Positions 9,212 to 19,354 are shown, counted from the stretch's first letter. The stretch is DNA of 64,000 bases from Paludibacter sp. (GCA_028710415.1 JAQTUE010000023.1:29468-93467); one strand, 5' to 3'. Program-made: numbers and translations. The notes: generated by a model not told the origin, from the letters alone.

Positions 9212-11422
9212 ATGATTAAAAGACCACTATATACATTTCGCACATTGATTTTGCCGGCGATACTGAATAGTTATTCGGTGGTATTCTTCTTCAATAACAA
9301 GTTGCTGGCTTGTGTATTGATGCTGGTATCATTTTTCAATTTCTTTGCAGGGCTAAGCGGATTGTTGGCAGTGGTAATGGCAGTATTGATTGCCAATTCA
9401 ATGAACCTGGATAAAGTGCAATTAAAGAAAGGGCTCTTCAGCTTTAACGCCTTGCTTACCGGTATAGGCATGGGAACCTTCTTTGACCCCAGCCCTGTTT
9501 TCTTTACATTGCTTGCTTTGGCAGCCTTACTGACATTAATGATCTCGGTGACATTAAGCGGCTGGATGAATAAATACGGCCTGCCGGTATTGAGTTTGCC
9601 TTTTGTCATCACCTTCTGGTTTATTGTACTTCCCTCCGCCCAGTTTGAGAACCTGGGACTGACACAACGGAATATCTATTGGATGAACGAAATGTATGCC
9701 ATGGGGGGTACCCATTTACTCAACCTATTCCAGAGCATTGATACACTTCCAGTCCATAATATGGTGGATATTTACCTGCGTTCCATGAGTTCCATCATTT
9801 TCCAGAACAACCTGGTTGCAGGGATACTAATAGCCTTATGCCTGTTAATCTGTTCACGTATTGCGTTCTCTTTATCAATCGTAGGCTTTCTTTCTGCCTA
9901 TTTCTTCGCACAGTTTTCAGGGTCGGCAGCTACAAGCATTACCTATTATAACATTGGTGCCAACTACATCATGGTGGCGTTGGCTGTTGGAGGGTTCTTT
10001 ATTATTCCATCCCGGTATTCCTATCTCTGGACAGTATTGTTAGTGCCTGTTACGACTTTGGTATTACTGTTCTTCAGCAAATTACTTGGATTTATTCATT
10101 TGCCTGTATTTTCATTGCCTTTCTCTTTGACGGTTATCTTGTTTATCTACTTCCTTCAATACCGGAATAAAGCAAGCAAACTCGTACTTACACCTTTTCA
10201 GTATTATTCACCGGAAATAAATCTGTACACCTATAACAACAATAACAAGGACCGGCAATATCATTTCCTGTATTTCCCTTTGTATCTGCCTTTTTGGGGA
10301 GAATGGACAGTCAGCCAGGGACATGATGGAAAACATACCCACAAAGGGGAATGGGGAAAGGCCTATGATTTTATCTTACTGGATGATGAGTCTAAATCAT
10401 TCAACTCAAACGGCCTGCTTTGTGATAATTATTATTGCTATAACAAGCCTGTTATTGCTCCTGCTGATGGTGTCGTTGAAGAAATAATCGATCACATTGA
10501 TGATAATGAGATTGGCAAAGTAGATACTGCCAATAATTGGGGAAATACGATCATTATTCGTCATTTAACAGGCCTGTATACCCAATTATCCCATCTCAGG
10601 AAAGGATCGTTTAAAGTAGCCAAGGGTGACTTTGTGAAGCGGGGTGACCTGCTGGCAAGTTGTGGCAATTCAGGACGATCGCCCGAACCGCATATTCATT
10701 TCCAGGCACAAATGTCACCTGCCATAGGCTCCCGTACGTTGGATTATCCGTTTGCCTATTATCATCAAATAGAATCGGATGGGAATAAATTAATCCAATT
10801 CTCCAAACCGGAGGAAGGAAGTAAAGTTTCAGGGGTCATAGACAATCCTTTGCTTAAAAATGCGTTTGATATAATGCCGAACTCTACATTTGCATTTAAG
10901 TATCTGAATGAGAAGGAAGAGGAAGTAACCGAAGAATGGGAAGCGTTTACAGATGCCTATAATTACAAGTACCTGTATTGCAAAGAAACCGAATCGAGTG
11001 CGTATTATGTCAACGATAGCCTGATGTTTTACTTTACAGCTTTTTATGGAAACAAAAAATCATTGCTGTATTATTTTTACCTCACAGCTTACAAGGTTTT
11101 CCTGGGGAATCCAGATCATATACTGGTCAAAGATGCCATGCCGTTGAATATAATTCGTAACAGAAAATTAAGTTTATGGATTCATGACTTCATAGCACCT
11201 TTTTATAATTACATCAGGGTACTGTATTCCATAAAAATAGCCTCTGCCCCTACTCCACTGGAAACAGGGAAACTGGAATTGGAATCGGATATTACAGTTT
11301 CAGTTTTTGGCAACTCACGAAAAGAAAGTATTGGTTCAATCTTCATTGAAAACAATTCCATCACCGGTTTCAATTATGAATCGGCAAAGACACAAATCCA
11401 TGCAACATGTATAAACTCCTGA
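9212..11422 (+). CDS. Urea-transporter-family membrane domain fused to an M23 peptidase-like domain and a C-terminal domain
   Basis: About 10 TM helices with GLFSFNALLTG, LPVLSLPF, SSIIFQNN and LPVFSLPF; then WTVSQG, WGNTIIIRH, YTQLSHL and CGNSGRSPEPHIHFQ (M23 HxH). Confidence 0.85.
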   Translation: MIKRPLYTFRTLILPAILNSYSVVFFFNNKLLACVLMLVSFFNFFAGLSGLLAVVMAVLIANSMNLDKVQLKKGLFSFNALLTGIGMGTFFDPSPVFFTLLALAALLTLMISVTLSGWMNKYGLPVLSLPFVITFWFIVLPSAQFENLGLTQRNIYWMNEMYAMGGTHLLNLFQSIDTLPVHNMVDIYLRSMSSIIFQNNLVAGILIALCLLICSRIAFSLSIVGFLSAYFFAQFSGSAATSITYYNIGANYIMVALAVGGFFIIPSRYSYLWTVLLVPVTTLVLLFFSKLLGFIHLPVFSLPFSLTVILFIYFLQYRNKASKLVLTPFQYYSPEINLYTYNNNNKDRQYHFLYFPLYLPFWGEWTVSQGHDGKHTHKGEWGKAYDFILLDDESKSFNSNGLLCDNYYCYNKPVIAPADGVVEEIIDHIDDNEIGKVDTANNWGNTIIIRHLTGLYTQLSHLRKGSFKVAKGDFVKRGDLLASCGNSGRSPEPHIHFQAQMSPAIGSRTLDYPFAYYHQIESDGNKLIQFSKPEEGSKVSGVIDNPLLKNAFDIMPNSTFAFKYLNEKEEEVTEEWEAFTDAYNYKYLYCKETESSAYYVNDSLMFYFTAFYGNKKSLLYYFYLTAYKVFLGNPDHILVKDAMPLNIIRNRKLSLWIHDFIAPFYNYIRVLYSIKIASAPTPLETGKLELESDITVSVFGNSRKESIGSIFIENNSITGFNYESAKTQIHATCINS

Positions 11423-12618
11423 TTGTCATCCTGTTCTTTTGTACATTCAATGCATCACAAGGCAGAGCACAGGAGTCTCTGACCTTACCGGCAGCTGATA
11501 GTATTACATATCAGTATTTTATGAAGGGCGATTGGGAGAAACTGATCATTACCGGTAAAGAATCAATCAAACAGCACATTGATTTTAAATGGTTACGACA
11601 ACGGATGGGCTATGCTTATTTTATAAAGGCTGATTATTATGCTTCAGAGCAACAATATGAAAAGGCCCTTGCCTTTGATAAATCCGATACGTTGACCATT
11701 ACTTACCTGTATTACTGCGGATTGTATACAGGGAATGATTCTTATGCCCGCTACCAGGCAAGAAAACTACCCGTTACATTACAAAAACAACTGGGTGTGA
11801 AACAATTTAGGATACTCGATGCGCTGGATGCTGAATATAACTATAAGATAAACAGTATTTCATCGCGATCTAATCCTGGATATTACAGAATAGGCGTAAA
11901 TTCCCAACCTGGTTACCGATTGAATCTCTATCAGGCATTTTCCACCTATAGCCAACAGATTGATTCGGCAGGTATTCGTCAAAATGAATACTTTGCTCTG
12001 GTTAATTACTCACTCAATTCGCATGTATCGTTGGATTTAGGGTATCATTATATTGGTACTTCAATAAGTGATACTTCAACATACCGTGTTTCAAGAATGA
12101 AAAAAGAAACTGTAATTAATTCAACTTTTTATCCCGGGCATCTGTTTTATAGCAAACTATCCTACCGGAAAAACAGGTTCGATATTGGAATTAGTGCCTC
12201 TGTGCTTAAATACGATAGTATACTGACTCAACAGTACGGCTTACAGGCCGGGGTTGTGTTACCCGGAAAATTAAATATTTATCTGAAAAGTTCGCTGTAT
12301 GGCATGTTAGATCCCAATACCAGGAGGCTTATTTACTCTCAATCCGTAGGGGCGTTATTATGCAGGAAGGTCTGGGCAGAAGGTGAAATAACGTTCGGGA
12401 ATTTAAAGAACTTTTCTGATACAAATGGATTGTATGTCTACAATTCAAACGATGTAACTACTTTCAGGGCCGGATTATCCTTGTTCTGGTATGTTACAAA
12501 AAAGGTTACACTGTTCGGGAACTATAGTTTCAACCGAAAGGAGTATGAAAACAACTATCAATCTACGTCAACTTATAATCAACAATCCTTATCAAGTGGA
12601 ATCATATGGAAGATTTAA
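11407..12618 (+). CDS. Exported protein with N-terminal TPR-like helices and a probable outer-membrane beta-barrel
   Basis: Signal peptide, RMGYAYF...YEKALAFD TPR pattern, alternating aromatic strands ending GIIWKI; overlaps the previous ORF. Confidence 0.7.
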   Translation: MYKLLIVILFFCTFNASQGRAQESLTLPAADSITYQYFMKGDWEKLIITGKESIKQHIDFKWLRQRMGYAYFIKADYYASEQQYEKALAFDKSDTLTITYLYYCGLYTGNDSYARYQARKLPVTLQKQLGVKQFRILDALDAEYNYKINSISSRSNPGYYRIGVNSQPGYRLNLYQAFSTYSQQIDSAGIRQNEYFALVNYSLNSHVSLDLGYHYIGTSISDTSTYRVSRMKKETVINSTFYPGHLFYSKLSYRKNRFDIGISASVLKYDSILTQQYGLQAGVVLPGKLNIYLKSSLYGMLDPNTRRLIYSQSVGALLCRKVWAEGEITFGNLKNFSDTNGLYVYNSNDVTTFRAGLSLFWYVTKKVTLFGNYSFNRKEYENNYQSTSTYNQQSLSSGIIWKI

Positions 12619-13226
12619 AAAGAATAGCCCTGCTCGTTAGTTTTACCCTATTTTTAAGTTGCTTTCAGGTACAAAGCCAACCGGCAATCCAGGCAGCATT
12701 TGCAAAAAGCTATGAAGCAGAACAAGCAGGGAACTATACAAAAGCCATTGCTGAATTGAAACCGGTGTACAGGGCCGATAATTATTTCGGGAATATCCGC
12801 CTGGGCTGGTTGTATTACCTGGATAAACAGAATTCCATCTCGATACAGTACTATAATACTGCTATTTCATTGAAACCTTATGCCATTGAGGCAAGATTCG
12901 GGTGCGTTAAACCACTCAGTGCACTGGGAAGTTGGGACAAGGTAAAAGAACAGTATGTGCAAATTCTTAAGATTGACCCTCAAAACACCGTTGCCAATTA
13001 TTGGTTGGGGGTTATATATTACAACCGAAAGGATTTCATGAATGCATCAAAACTCTTTGAAAAAGTAGTTAATTTGTACCCGCTTGATTATGATTCTATC
13101 ATTATGTTAGCCTGGACTAAACTTAACCTGGGGGCTTTAGCGGATGCAAAAGTATTATTCAATCATGCCCTGATCATTCGTCCGAATGACAGTTCAGCAT
13201 TGTCAGGACTGAATAAGTTGAAATAA
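12606..13226 (+). CDS. Exported tetratricopeptide repeat protein
   Basis: Signal peptide and repeats RLGWLYY, ILKIDPQNTVANYWLGVIYY, ALIIRPND. Confidence 0.85.
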   Translation: MEDLKRIALLVSFTLFLSCFQVQSQPAIQAAFAKSYEAEQAGNYTKAIAELKPVYRADNYFGNIRLGWLYYLDKQNSISIQYYNTAISLKPYAIEARFGCVKPLSALGSWDKVKEQYVQILKIDPQNTVANYWLGVIYYNRKDFMNASKLFEKVVNLYPLDYDSIIMLAWTKLNLGALADAKVLFNHALIIRPNDSSALSGLNKLK

Positions 13227-13276
13227 ATCATTATCAACTAAAAAAATTACAAGTCCATCAGTCATTTAGACATATC

Positions 13277-13324
13277 TGATTGGATCATTTCGAATAGAAC
13301 TGAAATGATCCAATCATTTTTTTT
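13277..13324 (+). terminator. Intrinsic terminator closing the operon
   Basis: TGATTGGATCATTTC...GAAATGATCCAATCA followed by a T run. Confidence 0.85.
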
Positions 13325-13556
13325 GAATCTTTCCTTTATGGTACAAAAAAAGTATCCTCCTGAATTACCAGTCGTTACTTACTTATTAAAACTGGACTTA
13401 TTCGTACTTTTCAATATTTAGTAGCCGTATTTTTTGATCTGACAACTATATTTTTTCATTTCTATTTGGTTGTTATTGAAGGTTAAGTGATCAGTAATAA
13501 ATATTAATGTATTTGTTAAATATATAGTCAGACTGTTTCTGCATTAATTTTGTTCC

Positions 13557-13667
13557 TGACCCTCCAACTCCCAAAGGGGGCGTAAGAATACATTTCCAGG
13601 AGAGATTTAGTATTAGCAATTATTCAAATACTGCGTCTTAAAGCCCCCTTTGGGGGTTGGGGGGTCA
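13557..13667. repeat. MITE/REP-like element with about 31-bp terminal inverted repeats (CCCCCAACCCCYAAAGGGG family)
   Basis: TGACCCTCCAACTCCCAAAGGGGGCGTAAGA ... TCTTAAAGCCCCCTTTGGGGGTTGGGGGGTCA. Confidence 0.85.
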
Positions 13668-14085
13668 TAACTCAAAATATATCATTAAATTCTTTGAATT
13701 ACTTATTAATTCAATTTTGAAATAATTATAAATTTCAATAAACCCTTTATTTTCCTATCTTTATTTAAAACATTCTGATAAACGATAAAGTTAAACTTAC
13801 AATCGCCTATCTTTAACCATTCGTAATACAGTGATTTATAAAAGGCTTTAGCCGGGTAACTATTCTGTCTATTCATGAAAATTAGTATTCAAAGTGAGAA
13901 CAATTGAATTATTAATTTGGTTTAATAGAGTAATATATCGTATTATATTTACAGAAAGTGAAATGTAAGATACTATTTTACGCAATCAACTTATATAAAA
14001 ATAGTATTTCAGGTACTGCTTCTGTGAACATTCAACTTCCTGATATAGATTTTTATCGTTCGTATAATTTTAAACTGAAAATATA

Positions 14086-15744
14086 ATGAATAATGCTGAT
14101 ACCGTAACAACGGATATTTTAATTATTGGTGGAGGACCTTCCGGTTTAGCAACGTCCATTCATCTGGCTGATATTTTAAAGCAAAACAACATTAAACGCA
14201 GGATCTTACTAGTGGAGAAAGGCAGTTCCATTGGCAGTCATATCTTATCAGGAGCTGTGATAAAAGCTGATGTTTTCAAAACCCTGCTTCCCGATGTTGA
14301 TTTCAATGAAATACCTTTCAATGCACAGGTAACATCTGATACTACCGTATTAATGAGTGAAACAGGTTCTTTTAAGTTACCGTTTCATGTTCCTTACATG
14401 AGTAATAAAGGAAATTACACGGCTTCCTTAGGTCAGATATGCAAGTACCTGGCTAAAAAGGCTGAAGAAAAGGGAGTAGAAATATATCCCGGGTTTGCAA
14501 TCAATGAAATCCTGTATAAGGATGGTAAGGTTATTGGTGCTAAAACAATCGACACAGGCCTTGACCACCATGGCAATCAACAGGATAACTTTCAGGCCGG
14601 TACCCGTATTGAAGCAAGTTTAACCATATTTGCCGAAGGAACACGTGGAAGCCTTGCCAAGCAACTCATCAAAAAATATGATTTGCAGAAAGGGAAGAAT
14701 GAACAGATTTATTCCCTGGGTTGTAAAGAATTATGGAGCGTCCCTGAAGGGAATATAAAGCCTGGTGAAATCTACCATACCATGGGTTATCCGCTTAACA
14801 TGCACGAATTCGGAGGAGGATTTATTTATGGTTTGAATGACAATAAAGTAGCTGTGGGACTTGTTGTTGGACTTGATTATCAGGATCCGACCTTTGACGT
14901 TCACGATGCTTTTCAGGTATGGAAAACCACTCCGTTTGTCTCAGCAATCCTTAAAGGCGGGAAGTTGATAGAATATGGTGCTAAAACTCTACCCGAAGGC
15001 GGCTATTATGCTATTCCTAAACTCTATGTGGATGGTGCCCTCATTGTAGGCGACAGTGCCGGATTTGTAACGATGCCTGCCCTGAAAGGCGTGCATCTGG
15101 CTGTAACTTCAGGCATGTTGGCTGCTAAAACTGCTGTTGCTGCATTAAGCAAGAACGATTATTCCGAGAATGTACTGCGTGAATACGATACCCTGATTAA
15201 AGACAGTGTGATCTATCAGGACATGTATCCGGTCAGAAACTTCCGCCAGGGCTTTTCCAAAGGGTTATTGATTGGTTCATTTCATTTTGGCACGCAACTG
15301 ATTACAGGGGGTGCAGGTTTCTTTGGGCGTCTTAAGACCCATACCGACAGTGAAGCCACTTTAAAATTAAATGAGCTTACTTATGAACCGTTTAAGGAAC
15401 GTTTCAAAGGGAAACTGGAATTCGACAAAATACTTACCTTCGATAAAGCCACTGATGTATTTTATACCGGGGTGAATCATGATGAACAGCAGGTGCCTCA
15501 TTTGCATATCAACAATCCGGCAACTTATGAAACTGTGAATATCAAACAATATGGTGCACCAAGCCAGTTCTTTTGTTCTGCCGAAGTGTATGAACTCCAT
15601 ACCGACAAACAGGGTCATCAGGAAATAAGGATTCATGCCGAGAACTGCCTGCATTGCAAGACCTGTGATATCAAAGCACCGGGTGATGGTATTACCTGGA
15701 TGGTACCGAATGGTGGGAATGGTCCTGAATTTCAAAATATGTAA
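14086..15744 (+). CDS. Electron-transfer flavoprotein:quinone oxidoreductase (FixC/FixX-like single chain)
   Basis: IIGGGPSG FAD motif, IGSHILSGAV, EGTRGSL, LIVGDSAGF, and Fe-S motif FFC...NCLHCKTCDIK. Confidence 0.93.
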   Translation: MNNADTVTTDILIIGGGPSGLATSIHLADILKQNNIKRRILLVEKGSSIGSHILSGAVIKADVFKTLLPDVDFNEIPFNAQVTSDTTVLMSETGSFKLPFHVPYMSNKGNYTASLGQICKYLAKKAEEKGVEIYPGFAINEILYKDGKVIGAKTIDTGLDHHGNQQDNFQAGTRIEASLTIFAEGTRGSLAKQLIKKYDLQKGKNEQIYSLGCKELWSVPEGNIKPGEIYHTMGYPLNMHEFGGGFIYGLNDNKVAVGLVVGLDYQDPTFDVHDAFQVWKTTPFVSAILKGGKLIEYGAKTLPEGGYYAIPKLYVDGALIVGDSAGFVTMPALKGVHLAVTSGMLAAKTAVAALSKNDYSENVLREYDTLIKDSVIYQDMYPVRNFRQGFSKGLLIGSFHFGTQLITGGAGFFGRLKTHTDSEATLKLNELTYEPFKERFKGKLEFDKILTFDKATDVFYTGVNHDEQQVPHLHINNPATYETVNIKQYGAPSQFFCSAEVYELHTDKQGHQEIRIHAENCLHCKTCDIKAPGDGITWMVPNGGNGPEFQNM

Positions 15745-15748
15745 AAAG

Positions 15749-15905
15749 TAACCACATTAGGCACAATAGGACACAATATAAATTTGAATAAATGTAACTA
15801 CATAAGAGACAACATTTCACAATTAAATCAGGATATTAATTTTATTCACTTCAAATAACAAATGAAATTAATAATTTATGTGTTCTATTGTGTCTATTGT
15901 GGTTA
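15749..15905. repeat. Inverted repeat pair (27-bp arms, 9-mer periodic) around an ORF-less spacer of about 100 bp
   Basis: TAACCACATTAGGCACAATAGGACACA versus the reverse complement of TGTGTTCTATTGTGTCTATTGTGGTTA (3 mismatches). Confidence 0.8.
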
Positions 15906-15933
15906 ATTTCAAAATCTTAAAACATACAAATCA

Positions 15934-17877
15934 ATGGCTCTTACAATTATAAGTTTAATAAAACAAGTACCGCTCCCTACCGAAATGCGTATGGGGGATG
16001 ATGGATTAATGGATCGTACTAAAGCAAAGTCTATTATCAATATCGACTGTCAGTTTGGTCTTGAAGCCGGATTACAACTCAAAAAACAATACCCCGATGC
16101 AAAAATGGTTGTTTGCTCCATGGGACCTCCTTCCTTTGAAGTTGCACTCCGTACAGCCATATCCATGGGATACGACGAAGCATACCTGTTGTCCGACCGG
16201 AAACTGGGGGGTAGCGATACGTATGCAACAGGGTTAGCCATATCCACCATGCTCAAACATCTGGGCTACACCAAAGATGCCAAGGAGCCCTTTATTATTC
16301 TTGCCGGGCGCCAGACCAGTGACGGCGATACTGCTCACGTGCCTTCTCAGGTTGCTGAGAACCTGGGTATTCCGCAGGCTACTTTCGTGGAAAGCATTAA
16401 AGCTGATGGCCAGGGTAATGTGGTTGCAAAACGCATTATTGAAGGCGGGTACCAGATGATGAAACTGCCAATGCCTTGTACTATTTCATTGACACCAACC
16501 GGTATTCCTCCACGCAAACCATCGTTGATAGGTGCCATAAAAGCCCGTAACCTGCCAATTACAGTTTTTGGCATTGATGATATTGGACTGGGAACTGAAA
16601 AAATTGGTATCAACGGTTCGCCGACAATTGTTGCCAATGTGATCAACCTGGTGAGTGAAAGAGCTCCGGTAATCATGTCTGTAGGGCAAAATGAAACCGG
16701 ATTGGTGGACAGCTTGATTACAAATTTGAAAAAAGGTGGTAATGTACTGGAGAAAAAGGAAAAAGTTGAAAAGAAAATCCTTGAGAAACCTGAATTTCCA
16801 TATTTTGATAACCGCAACGGTGCTAAAGGTATCCTGACCTGGGCGGAAGTAACGAATGGTAAAATATCCCGTCCTTCGATTGAATTACTAAGTCCTGCCC
16901 GCAAGTTAGCCGACCAGCTGGGGAATGATACTAAAATCATGACCCTGGTGATTGGTAAAAATGTAAAAGGATTAGCTAAAACTCTATTCGAACATGGTTC
17001 GGACGAAGTCATCATTGTTGAGGACGATAAACTGGAAGAATACCTGGTGTTGCCATTCTCTTCGATATTTGCGCAGGTGATTAAAGAACGGAAACCCGAA
17101 ATAGCGCTCTTTGCAGCCACTACTTCAGGACGTGAACTGGCTCCCCGCATTGGTGTAAAAACCGGAAGTGGAGTTACGGCAGATTGCACTGGTCTTGAAA
17201 TTGGTGAATATATCAATAAGAAGGAAAAAGTCATTAACAAGCCGATCCTACATTCACGCCGTCCTACCTATGGTGAAAGCAAGCTGGCAACTATTTTAGG
17301 CTTCGTGTATCCACAGATATCCACCGCCCGTGCAGGTACCTTTGAAGTGCCACCGGTAGTTGAAGGACGCACCGGTGTATTGTCAACTTTTACTCCAAAA
17401 CTGATTGACAAAGACTTTACGGTTGAAATCCTGAAAACCGAACGGGATGAAGGAGTATTGCAAAATCTCTTTGAGGCAGATGTGATTGTTTCAGGAGGCC
17501 GTGGCACTACGGGTGATGGTTTGAAATTAATAAAAAAACTGGCTGATGCGCTCAAAGCACAGGGAATAAAAGCGGAATGGGCATGTAGCCGCGTTGTGGT
17601 GGACGAAGGGGTTGCAGCCTACGCACATCAGATTGGCCAGACTGGTAAAACCGTGCGACCAAAATTGTATGTCGCAGTGGGCATTTCCGGAGCCATACAA
17701 CACATTGCCGGCATGAAAGAGTCGGAGAAAATCATTGCCATTGACCATAACCCAAAAGCTTTCATTTTCCATTTTGCCGATTTCGGTATTGTTGGCGAAT
17801 ATGAAGACATTTTGCCCGAACTGATTGAACGGGTGAACAGTGGTTATACATTTGGTATGGAAGCTTCTAAAAATTAA
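15934..17877 (+). CDS. Fused electron-transfer flavoprotein beta-alpha (EtfB-EtfA / FixA-FixB)
   Basis: Beta half: IKQVP, SMGP, GSDTYAT, GRQTSDGDTAHV. Alpha half: GRELAPR, TADCTGL, VSGGRG, QIGQTGKTVRPKLYVAVGISGAIQH. Confidence 0.92.
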   Translation: MALTIISLIKQVPLPTEMRMGDDGLMDRTKAKSIINIDCQFGLEAGLQLKKQYPDAKMVVCSMGPPSFEVALRTAISMGYDEAYLLSDRKLGGSDTYATGLAISTMLKHLGYTKDAKEPFIILAGRQTSDGDTAHVPSQVAENLGIPQATFVESIKADGQGNVVAKRIIEGGYQMMKLPMPCTISLTPTGIPPRKPSLIGAIKARNLPITVFGIDDIGLGTEKIGINGSPTIVANVINLVSERAPVIMSVGQNETGLVDSLITNLKKGGNVLEKKEKVEKKILEKPEFPYFDNRNGAKGILTWAEVTNGKISRPSIELLSPARKLADQLGNDTKIMTLVIGKNVKGLAKTLFEHGSDEVIIVEDDKLEEYLVLPFSSIFAQVIKERKPEIALFAATTSGRELAPRIGVKTGSGVTADCTGLEIGEYINKKEKVINKPILHSRRPTYGESKLATILGFVYPQISTARAGTFEVPPVVEGRTGVLSTFTPKLIDKDFTVEILKTERDEGVLQNLFEADVIVSGGRGTTGDGLKLIKKLADALKAQGIKAEWACSRVVVDEGVAAYAHQIGQTGKTVRPKLYVAVGISGAIQHIAGMKESEKIIAIDHNPKAFIFHFADFGIVGEYEDILPELIERVNSGYTFGMEASKN

Positions 17878-17919
17878 ATCGTTCATACTAATACCCTAAA
17901 AAGAAGTATTTTACAAATT

Positions 17920-17962
17920 ATGGAGTTGCCTGGGTTGATAAGCTCAGGCAACTCCATTTTTT
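17920..17962 (+). terminator. Intrinsic terminator
   Basis: ATGGAGTTGCCTGGGTT-gat-AAGCTCAGGCAACTCCAT followed by a T run. Confidence 0.85.
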
Positions 17963-18100
17963 GTTCTATCATTTGTGAAATAGAAAATCAAGCTTATGTC
18001 CTCGAATCTTTACCTTCAGTGGTGAATCAGCCCTGTCATGAATCGAAACAATCATTTAAATTCAGAACAAATTCCTGCTTTGAACCTCTTTTATTATTTA

Positions 18101-18285
18101 CCATGTTATCTTCGTGATGTCTTCAGGATGTTGCACATTTTGTGATGTTCTTCCCGTATTCTAAGGTATTAGACCCGTATATATCCCGCCCCTTAATAGC
18201 TACGTGATATATACGGGACAAATACGTATCTGCAGTGTATTTGATACGCAATATGTGCAACATCATGAAGACATCATGGCAATAA
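18101..18285. repeat. Nested-palindrome element, copy A
   Basis: Outer arms 18115-18138 and 18253-18276; inner arms CCCGTATATATC (18174) and GATATATACGGG (18206). Confidence 0.75.
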
Positions 18286-18303
18286 GAATTTAAGCTGGTT
18301 TTT

Positions 18304-18480
18304 ACCTAACCCGGACAAGCCAGAATAAAGATTTGAATGCGGGTAAACGCTGAATTGGCAAATAATAAGCGAATATAAAAAAACTTAGTATTTTGATTTT
18401 AGTGTTAAATATAGACAAGTCAGAAAGAAAGAGTAAGAAGAAAATGAAGCAATATTGTGCCAAAAAATTACACGAAAATT
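18304..18480 (+). repeat. Dispersed non-coding repeat (ACCTAACCCGGACAAGCCAGAAT family), copy 1
   Basis: Shares the 5' 23-mer, GTATTTTGATTTTA and CAATATTGTGCCAAAAAA with 59221-59418. Confidence 0.85.
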
Positions 18481-18737
18481 ATACGTATGATATTAAAGTG
18501 CATTTTTTTCTATCAATAATAATCCATGTTTCTATTGCGATAAATAAATCAGTATAACTTTTGATATTAAAATTTGGATTAATTAAATTAAAATTGTACT
18601 TTTGAGAGTAATTTATTTTAACTATCGAAATTAGAAATGTAGAAGCAACTGACTCTAAAAATAGCATTTTTAGTAGACGGATTCAGTAGCCAGGCAATCA
18701 GGACATTTTTCTTTAAAAACCTTTAAAACAAACTATT

Positions 18738-19307
18738 ATGACACTAACTGAAGAATTGATTCAAGAGCATGCAAAGATTGACAAAGTTTTAAACATTATG
18801 AATAGAATTTCGGAAGATATAAAGACTCAAAAGGTATTTTACGCGGACGACGTGGAGGATATTCTAAAATTCATTCTTGGTTTTTGGGATAAATGCCATT
18901 GTAAAAAAGAGGAAAAAGTTTTATTCCCCGCCCTTATTTCAGAAGGAGTAATTGAAAAAAATGATCTGGTTAGCATGATGGTTGAAGAACATATCTTGGG
19001 GAAAAACAATTTAAAAGAAATCAGCAGTTGCATTGAAAATTGCAAAATTGGAAATCCATTTTCGTGTGAGAAATTAGCAGCCAGCCTGAGTACTTATGTT
19101 AGCATGATGCAGATACATATGGAAAATGAAGAAAAAATCTTTTTCCCCCTTGCAGATAGAGTCTTAAGTAAAAATAAACAAGATCAGGCGTTGGAACAAT
19201 TTGAAATAATTGATAAAAGGCTTGTCAAGCTAAGAGTCTATGAACAATTTCAAACTAAATTGGAACGAATGGAACTAAAATATCTAAATGAACCTGTTCG
19301 GGTTTAA
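18738..19307 (+). CDS. Hemerythrin/HHE cation-binding domain protein
   Basis: LIQEH, KCHCKKEEKVLFP, MVEEH, HMENEEKIFFP. Confidence 0.88.
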   Translation: MTLTEELIQEHAKIDKVLNIMNRISEDIKTQKVFYADDVEDILKFILGFWDKCHCKKEEKVLFPALISEGVIEKNDLVSMMVEEHILGKNNLKEISSCIENCKIGNPFSCEKLAASLSTYVSMMQIHMENEEKIFFPLADRVLSKNKQDQALEQFEIIDKRLVKLRVYEQFQTKLERMELKYLNEPVRV

Positions 19308-19354
19308 TGTATCACCTGAAAATACAATGTATTTATACACCCATTCCTTGATAG

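Noticed and set aside
16347-17240. 297-aa minus-strand ORF and other long antisense ORFs over acnA, cusA and mutS2
   Set aside because: Antisense shadows of well-supported genes with no recognisable motifs.
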